DNA of 64,000 bases from a virus, in the IMG/VR virus record IMGVR_UViG_3300032046_006283, positions 9,125 through 73,124 of that record; one strand, written 5' to 3'. Each line of letters opens with the position of its first letter. The stretch's first letter is position 1. The notes beneath the pieces are model-generated. The model was not told the DNA's origin. It did no database searches and saw only the letters and a program-made list of their open reading frames with translations. Shown one piece after another: positions 58,653 to 64,000 of this stretch. A program made the translations under genes and the position numbers.

Positions 58653-59201
58653 TTAAACCTTTTCAATTTCAATTCCCCAATTACTCCAACCTTCACGTTT
58701 ATACCTTGCAAATAATTCTAATTTATTTCCTCCAAACAATTGTTCAATCTTTAGATACTGTTCATCAGGTTTTCTTGAATGTTCTCTCCGATGTGATATA
58801 ATAACTTGATGAACTGCCGAAGACAATTTTTTAGGTCTTCCTTTTATACCTAACAAACACAACTCAGCATTTGCTCTTGTATAATGGCCACATCCCATAA
58901 ATAAATTATTATTCTTTTTATTTTGTTTAATCCATACAAAAGCAATTGTTTTATATGTAAAACCCCAAGCTTTTATTACTTCTAAAGCAGAAGGAATATT
59001 AGGACAAGTAGTCCATAAAAATAAAACACAATTTTCTTTACAAAGAGATTGAACAGGAAGATTTTTAACATCTTCTAATTTCATTGATGCATAATGATGC
59101 GTAAATGTAACTCCCCACTTTTTACTTGGCCAAGCTTTATATTCCCAAGGAGGATCTGCTAATATAACATCGAATTTTTTTGATTTTAATTCTTCGAACA
59201 T
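58653..59201 (-). CDS. MT-A70 family adenine methyltransferase
   Basis: ADPPW, LFLW, WGF, WIK, GxYTRxNAE, HSRKP, ELFAR, WG. Confidence 0.88.
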   Translation of the reverse strand: MFEELKSKKFDVILADPPWEYKAWPSKKWGVTFTHHYASMKLEDVKNLPVQSLCKENCVLFLWTTCPNIPSALEVIKAWGFTYKTIAFVWIKQNKKNNNLFMGCGHYTRANAELCLLGIKGRPKKLSSAVHQVIISHRREHSRKPDEQYLKIEQLFGGNKLELFARYKREGWSNWGIEIEKV

Positions 59202-59214
59202 AATTTTTTCTCTT

Positions 59215-59481
59215 TCAATCTTTAAAATACTTCATAGCCATATTATAATAAATAAAATCTTCTTCTTCAGGTTTCTCAAGGCCCACAGAATTCTCAAGAT
59301 ATCTTAACCCATGACTCAAACATACTATTGCTTTTCCTATTATATTCAATCTTGTCATAACCCACTCGTCTCCTACAATCTTTTTTGGATAGCATCGCAA
59401 CTGTTCCCCTATAGCATCTAATCGCATAATTAATTCATGTTTACTTTCCCACCAATTAATTTTCTTTTTCTTTTTACCCAT
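59215..59481 (-). CDS. Hypothetical protein
   Basis: ORF only. Confidence 0.45.
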   Translation of the reverse strand: MGKKKKKINWWESKHELIMRLDAIGEQLRCYPKKIVGDEWVMTRLNIIGKAIVCLSHGLRYLENSVGLEKPEEEDFIYYNMAMKYFKD

Positions 59482-59490
59482 ATTATTCTT

Positions 59491-59694
59491 CTAAAGATCT
59501 TCCACTGTTAAATCTTCTACATCTGACTCTGATAAATGTCTTATAGCCCAAACAAAATCAACAACGGAATCTAATTCCTTTATCTCTTTTTCGGAAAGTT
59601 GTTCATTAAATCTTTCTTTCCAACCATCCTGAATAGCCTTTATCCATTCCTTTTTTTCAATTTCAAAAGAAATTACTAGTGTTTTCTTAGCCAT
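59491..59694 (-). CDS. Hypothetical protein
   Basis: ORF only. Confidence 0.45.
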   Translation of the reverse strand: MAKKTLVISFEIEKKEWIKAIQDGWKERFNEQLSEKEIKELDSVVDFVWAIRHLSESDVEDLTVEDL

Positions 59695-59865
59695 TATTTA
59701 CTCTTTTTTAATTCTTTAACTTTGTCTTCTTTTTTAATTCTCTTTTATCTGTCCATTCAAGAAATATAATAAAAAGCGTTGGAGGTACTATCAACCCAAC
59801 AGCAACCCCTACTATAACCAAAAGAAACTTTAATCCATCAATTAACATTTTCCTAACCTCCTATT

Positions 59866-60609
59866 TTATTTTTCTCCTAATAAATCTTTCTTTATATCTT
59901 TTAAAATCTCTGGGCGAAAACTTTCTCCTATCAAAGGGATATTGATCAGCCGCTCTGAAAAAAGTTCATAAACACTTTTTCCAAAACCTTCTAAAACTTC
60001 TTTAGGACCACTATTAGATGTGACAATAAAAGGTTTGCTTGAATAATAGCGTTTCTTAAATAACTCATCTAACAAAGCATCTATCAAATCAGTTTTATAC
60101 TTTTTATCTATTTCATCCACCAACAAAAAATCTATTTCCATTATTATATGATCAAGATATATCCTCATTTTCTCATCACGCAAAGCTCTGAAAGCAAAAT
60201 TAATCAACTCTGAAAGTAGAATAAAATGTGCTTTAAATTTTTGGCCTAAAGCTTTTTTCAAAATAGAACATCCTAAAAAACTTTTACCAACACCATAAGA
60301 ACCATAAATATACAAACCAGCACCAGTTTTAACAGCTTCAGGTAATTTCTCTGAATACTCAGCGATCATACTTAAAGAAGTTTTGTTTTCTTCTATAAAC
60401 TTCGGAGTAAAATACTTAAAATCTAATTCAAGGTCCCAAAAGTTTTTAGGTATATTAGCAGTAGCCATATCAACATAACATCTAAATGCATCAATGCATT
60501 CACACAAAACAAAACCTTCAAGAGTCATGTATCGACCTTTGCCATCACATTTTTTACAATTATCTAAAATCTTTATTTTCAATTCTACAATATCTTGAAT
60601 GGAATACAA
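59866..60609 (-). CDS. DnaC/IstB-like helicase loader
   Basis: CxxC...CxC, GSYGVGKS, LLVDEI, R-Y, TSN, SERL. Confidence 0.82.
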   Translation of the reverse strand: MYSIQDIVELKIKILDNCKKCDGKGRYMTLEGFVLCECIDAFRCYVDMATANIPKNFWDLELDFKYFTPKFIEENKTSLSMIAEYSEKLPEAVKTGAGLYIYGSYGVGKSFLGCSILKKALGQKFKAHFILLSELINFAFRALRDEKMRIYLDHIIMEIDFLLVDEIDKKYKTDLIDALLDELFKKRYYSSKPFIVTSNSGPKEVLEGFGKSVYELFSERLINIPLIGESFRPEILKDIKKDLLGEK

Positions 60610-61113
60610 TTAGGCCTCCTTCAAAGGCTGATACTTTCCAAATTTCTTTCTCAATTTATTATTCAGCCTACTTATTAACTCCTCATCTTCTTCAACACCA
60701 AAATCATAAGAAACTAAATAACCACCAAAATACCCTCGATACATAATCAAATCTCCAGAAGAAAGAACTCCTTCAGGAACTACAAAACATTGTAAATTGG
60801 TCTTATCAACATCTAAGATCCACTTCAACACCTTTTCAGGAGAAACTCTTATTCCACAGCTTATAAAAATTTCGCACAACTCATACGCTCGTTCGCTAGC
60901 TCCAATTCCTTTTACCACATTCTCTTCAATCTCAGAAAAATCAGTCATGTCGGCCTCATCCTGACTCTGAGATCTTGAAACCCGATCGCTCAAATTCGAT
61001 TCCATAGAACTCACTAACTTCTTTGCTTCATCTAAAGTTAGTTCCAAAAAAATCTTTTTCTGAAGCCTTCCTCTAAACAAAGGATTAGTTTCCTCTTCTA
61101 ATTTGAATTTCAT
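60610..61113 (-). CDS. Hypothetical protein
   Basis: GGAGG RBS. Confidence 0.5.
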   Translation of the reverse strand: MKFKLEEETNPLFRGRLQKKIFLELTLDEAKKLVSSMESNLSDRVSRSQSQDEADMTDFSEIEENVVKGIGASERAYELCEIFISCGIRVSPEKVLKWILDVDKTNLQCFVVPEGVLSSGDLIMYRGYFGGYLVSYDFGVEEDEELISRLNNKLRKKFGKYQPLKEA

Positions 61114-61144
61114 TATTCCTCCTAATTATTATACTCACAAAATA

Positions 61145-61501
61145 TCAATAAAAACAAGGTACAAATTTAAAAACATCAGCTAATATTGTTTCTCTATTTC
61201 GTTTTGCCCAACCTGTCGCTCTTGCATATTTTGGATACTTCTTTTTTAACATAGCTTCAAAGCGATAACCATCACACATATAAGGATTTTTTAGATGCTC
61301 TAATTCATGATCAATACAAGCTTCAACAAAATCTCTTCTAAGGCAACTTGATAAAATTTCAAGTATAAAATGCATTTCGTTAATATCAGTATTTACCTGC
61401 CCTATATAAGAATATGTCCTTACAAATATTATAGTGTATTTTTGAATACCTAACTTCTTTGCTTTCCTATCAACTATCTTTAAAAAAGTATCTTTAGTCA
61501 T
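61145..61501 (-). CDS. Small HExxH zincin-like metallopeptidase (SprT/YgjP-like)
   Basis: IDHELEHL. Confidence 0.5.
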   Translation of the reverse strand: MTKDTFLKIVDRKAKKLGIQKYTIIFVRTYSYIGQVNTDINEMHFILEILSSCLRRDFVEACIDHELEHLKNPYMCDGYRFEAMLKKKYPKYARATGWAKRNRETILADVFKFVPCFY

Positions 61502-61512
61502 TTTCTTTTTCT

Positions 61513-62073
61513 CTACTTTATCAAAACTTTAGTCCCTACTTTACTATACCTCCAAATAATTTCTAAATCTTCATCTTTTAATCGTACACATCCATGAGAA
61601 ACTCTTCCTTCAACTTTCTCTCCTCTAATACCATGAATACCTACATCTCCTCCAAGATCTAATTTATATTTACCGAGATGTCCTCTTACTTGTCGAGAAG
61701 GATTATGTTCAGAAGGTATTGGCAATCCTTCTTCAATAAATGCCCAATCAGGTTTTACCCATACAGGATCCACAATCTTTTTAACAACAATTCGTTCTCC
61801 TTTTGGAGTATCAAATTTCCATATTCTATTTCCATATTTTAAAACCTTTCCAGTTCCTATTCCACACATAGCTTTCCATACCGTATCAGAATCCATCATC
61901 AAATATAATACAATTTCAGATTTGTTAATCAAAATCCAAGTTTTGTCAATATTAATTGTCAAACTATCTTCTGGAAGTCTATACCAATGGTTTAAATAAT
62001 CAACAACATTTCGTGCATAACTTACAGAAGGTAAAGCAATAAATAACATCAATATCAAAACAAAAAATTTCAT
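61513..62073 (-). CDS. Secreted L,D-transpeptidase (YkuD domain)
   Basis: N-terminal signal peptide; TPxG, PxW, GIHG...SHGCVRL, GTxV. Confidence 0.88.
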   Translation of the reverse strand: MKFFVLILMLFIALPSVSYARNVVDYLNHWYRLPEDSLTINIDKTWILINKSEIVLYLMMDSDTVWKAMCGIGTGKVLKYGNRIWKFDTPKGERIVVKKIVDPVWVKPDWAFIEEGLPIPSEHNPSRQVRGHLGKYKLDLGGDVGIHGIRGEKVEGRVSHGCVRLKDEDLEIIWRYSKVGTKVLIK

Positions 62074-62213
62074 TTAACACTCTTTTCTTTTTTACAAACA
62101 GTGCAACGGCAAGTTCTTACATCTTTTCTAATATTATGAACTCTATTACCAGAACCATATTTTTCATCTTGATAAGGACTTTTACAATCACATTTTAAAA
62201 TAATTGTATCCAT
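62070..62213 (-). CDS. Small Cys-rich protein (47 aa, absent from the ORF track)
   Basis: MDTIILKCDC...QDEKYGSGNRVHN...CTVC. Confidence 0.5.
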   Translation of the reverse strand: MDTIILKCDCKSPYQDEKYGSGNRVHNIRKDVRTCRCTVCKKEKSVK

Positions 62214-62418
62214 TTGTTCTCCTTTACGAATCTTTACCTCTTCTATTCATTGCTGGATTTTTTATTCTTATAGTTCTTCCTCTCTTAGTAATAAGTGTTC
62301 CTTCTGGAACATTCTTTAAAGAAGTCGGTTCACTTTTTTTCAAATCTTTATCTCTCATACATTTGAAAATCGCTTTTAAATTTCTTTTATTCAATTGTTT
62401 TCTCCTCTTTTATTCCTA

Positions 62419-63720
62419 TTAAGTTAACACTACAGGTTTCTCTTTAGTTCCATTTCTAAATTCTAAAGCTTGTTCAACTGTTTCTGTTTCTGGAGGAACT
62501 CCTTCTAAATGCCAAATCTTTATAGAAGGATTGAACATTTTAAGGTAAGGTCTCTTTCTACCGTCTCCTAAATTAAGGTTGTATAAAACATAGCCTTCTG
62601 AACCTTTATCATCTAATATTTCAGCTTTGAGTCCAAAAAGGACCTTTTCGATTCCTATCTTTCTAACTATCTCTCTTCGAACTTCAACATTTTGTTCTTT
62701 TAATATAATCTTTGGATCTAATTTATCAGCAGGCGTTAAAACAATTTTTTTAGGAACTCGAACACCATTTAAAGCATAAATTTCAAATATTGGCTCTCCT
62801 GTATATTTAATAGCGGGACCAAATTCAGAATGTAAAACCTCATTTTTCATATTAATTTCTCTTGGGCGATCACAAATAATTGTAATATTTTTTAAAGGAT
62901 AAAAAAATCCAAACTCTGTTGTTTTTTTATATAATTCAAACAAAGGTCCAAAATTTAATCCTAATACTTCTTGCATAAAATCATAAAATGCAAAATGTGA
63001 TGAAAAAAAATGACCATTAATATATGGATAAATAAAATTCCTAACCTGATTCCCAATCTGATTCCCAACCTGATCCCTAACCTGATTCCCAATCTGATTC
63101 CCAATCTGATCCCTAACCTGATTCCCAATCTGATTCCTAACCTGATTCCAAATCTGATTCCCAATCTGATTCCCAATCTGATTCCCAATCTGATTCCCAA
63201 TCTGATTCCCAATCTGATTCCCAATCTGATTCCAAACCTGATTCCCAATCTGATTCCCAACCTGATCCCTAACCTGATTCCCAATCTGATTCCAAACCTG
63301 ATTCCCAATCTGATTCCCAACCTGATCCCTAACCTGATTCCTAACCTGATTCCCAATCTGATTCCTAACCTGATTCCCAATCTGATTCCCAATCTGATTC
63401 CTAACCTGATTCCAAATCTGATTCCCAATCTGATTCCTAACCTGATTCCCAATCTGATTCCCAATCTGAAATAATAAACAAACAGTCATCCAAGTTGATA
63501 AAGGATTATTCATATAAACTACAGGTGCTTCTTCTAAGTTTAAAATTTTCTTTCTAATCTCATTTGGAATTTGTAAATCACGTTTTACTGGTTCAGTAGA
63601 TAACCCTATTTTTTTCCATTTTTCTACAAATTCAGGAAATCTTGCTCTTTGTTCAGTTGTTAATTTTGTTATCATTTTTTTAGTCCTGTACGTTTTTAGC
63701 TTCTTCAGAAAAATGATCAT
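62419..63720 (-). CDS. DUF6745-like protein with an internal tetrapeptide repeat (probable start MITKLT near 63675)
   Basis: LTxEQ N-terminus, (QIGN/QVRN/QVRD/QVWN)n, LHSExGPA, NGVRVP, NVEVRR, VPP. Confidence 0.7.
   Translation of the reverse strand: MIIFLKKLKTYRTKKMITKLTTEQRARFPEFVEKWKKIGLSTEPVKRDLQIPNEIRKKILNLEEAPVVYMNNPLSTWMTVCLLFQIGNQIGNQVRNQIGNQIWNQVRNQIGNQIGNQVRNQIGNQVRNQVRDQVGNQIGNQVWNQIGNQVRDQVGNQIGNQVWNQIGNQIGNQIGNQIGNQIGNQIGNQIWNQVRNQIGNQVRDQIGNQIGNQVRDQVGNQIGNQVRNFIYPYINGHFFSSHFAFYDFMQEVLGLNFGPLFELYKKTTEFGFFYPLKNITIICDRPREINMKNEVLHSEFGPAIKYTGEPIFEIYALNGVRVPKKIVLTPADKLDPKIILKEQNVEVRREIVRKIGIEKVLFGLKAEILDDKGSEGYVLYNLNLGDGRKRPYLKMFNPSIKIWHLEGVPPETETVEQALEFRNGTKEKPVVLT
63037..63468. 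repeat. 12-bp coding minisatellite, ~36 units (consensus attcccaatctg)
   Basis: Directly visible tandem array with variants attcctaacctg, atccctaacctg, attccaaatctg and attccaaacctg. Confidence 0.97.
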
Positions 63721-64000
63721 ATTCCTGAACCCTTCTAATTCTATAAGTCCCAGCAGGTATGGTTATAGGATTGTGTTCCGTATGAGTAATAGTTAATTCA
63801 CCATTTGCTTTTAAAAATAAATTACCTTTTTCATCTGCATAAAGATTGGATAATTCCTTTTCTACAACCTCATGCTTATGACCAATTACTTCTCCTTCTG
63901 CTAAAATCCTATGGTTGAGTTTCTTTAAACCTTTCTTAGGAATTTCAGAGATGCTTTCTATGACAACATCTCCTTGTTGGTAAAAAGTTCCTTGTTTCAT
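63680..64000 (-). CDS. Small His-rich partner protein of the DUF6745-like gene
   Basis: QQGDV...LAEGE..GHKH...HTEH..I.IP.G.Y...EYD. Confidence 0.65.
   Translation of the reverse strand: MKQGTFYQQGDVVIESISEIPKKGLKKLNHRILAEGEVIGHKHEVVEKELSNLYADEKGNLFLKANGELTITHTEHNPITIPAGTYRIRRVQEYDHFSEEAKNVQD

Noticed and set aside
1459-62422. All plus-strand ORFs in the track and short nested minus-strand ORFs (e.g. 11204, 22026, 25881, 51849)
   Set aside because: Antisense or out-of-frame shadows of well-supported genes, with no motifs and an F/L/S/I-rich composition typical of reverse-complemented Lys/Glu codons
63037-63468. CRISPR array or origin iterons
   Set aside because: Contiguous 12-bp units with no unique spacers, lying in frame within a coding gene
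62961-63474. ORFs (GIRL)n at 62961..63464 and (IPNL)n at 63010..63474
   Set aside because: Alternative frames kept open by the stop-free repeat; only the 62419..63720 frame has sensible flanking domains
1-64000. tRNA/rRNA genes, integrase, reverse transcriptase/DGR, alternative genetic code
   Set aside because: Intergenic gaps are short and AT-rich with no cloverleaf seen by eye; no RT or recombinase motifs; long ORFs end at TAA, TAG and TGA under the standard code. tRNAscan was not run
1-64000. Archaeal virus or cellular chromosome
   Set aside because: The terminase, one-strand gene packing and freestanding endonucleases indicate a virus. The sigma-like factor, DnaG/DnaB/DnaC, RecA, PolA and L,D-transpeptidase favour a bacterial host over an archaeal one

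Overview
A 64-kb, strongly AT-rich, densely coding segment of a large tailed dsDNA bacteriophage genome. All credible genes are on the minus strand, use the standard code and often have GGAGG-type RBSs. In transcription order (64000->1), the first part (to ~26.2 kb) is a replication/recombination/nucleotide-modification module: DnaC-like loader, DnaB, a primase split into two distant genes, UDG-fused family A DNA polymerase, RecA, SSB, Mre11/SbcD, a Rad50/SbcC split at the zinc hook, a resolvase, a sigma-like factor and three DNA methyltransferases. It also holds an unusually complete 7-deazaguanine pathway: folE2, queD, queE, queC, DUF366, PRTase, a TGT/DpdA-like protein, dNMP and NDP kinases, an ArcS-like DUF5591 protein and a RaSEA-like radical SAM enzyme. 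The late module has three large mosaic proteins (744, 1412 and 2431 aa) whose domains are separated by a recurrent K-x-A / S-L-x-x-K-K-x-A motif, a PrkA-YeaH-SpoVR operon, the terminase genes and several freestanding endonucleases. The main candidates for new biology are (1) motif-delimited 'cargo polyproteins' that may be cut by a viral protease and (2) an archaeal-type ArcS+RaSEA archaeosine route for DNA hypermodification in a bacterial virus, possibly pre-replicative. All family assignments come from motif recognition by eye; no database searches were run.
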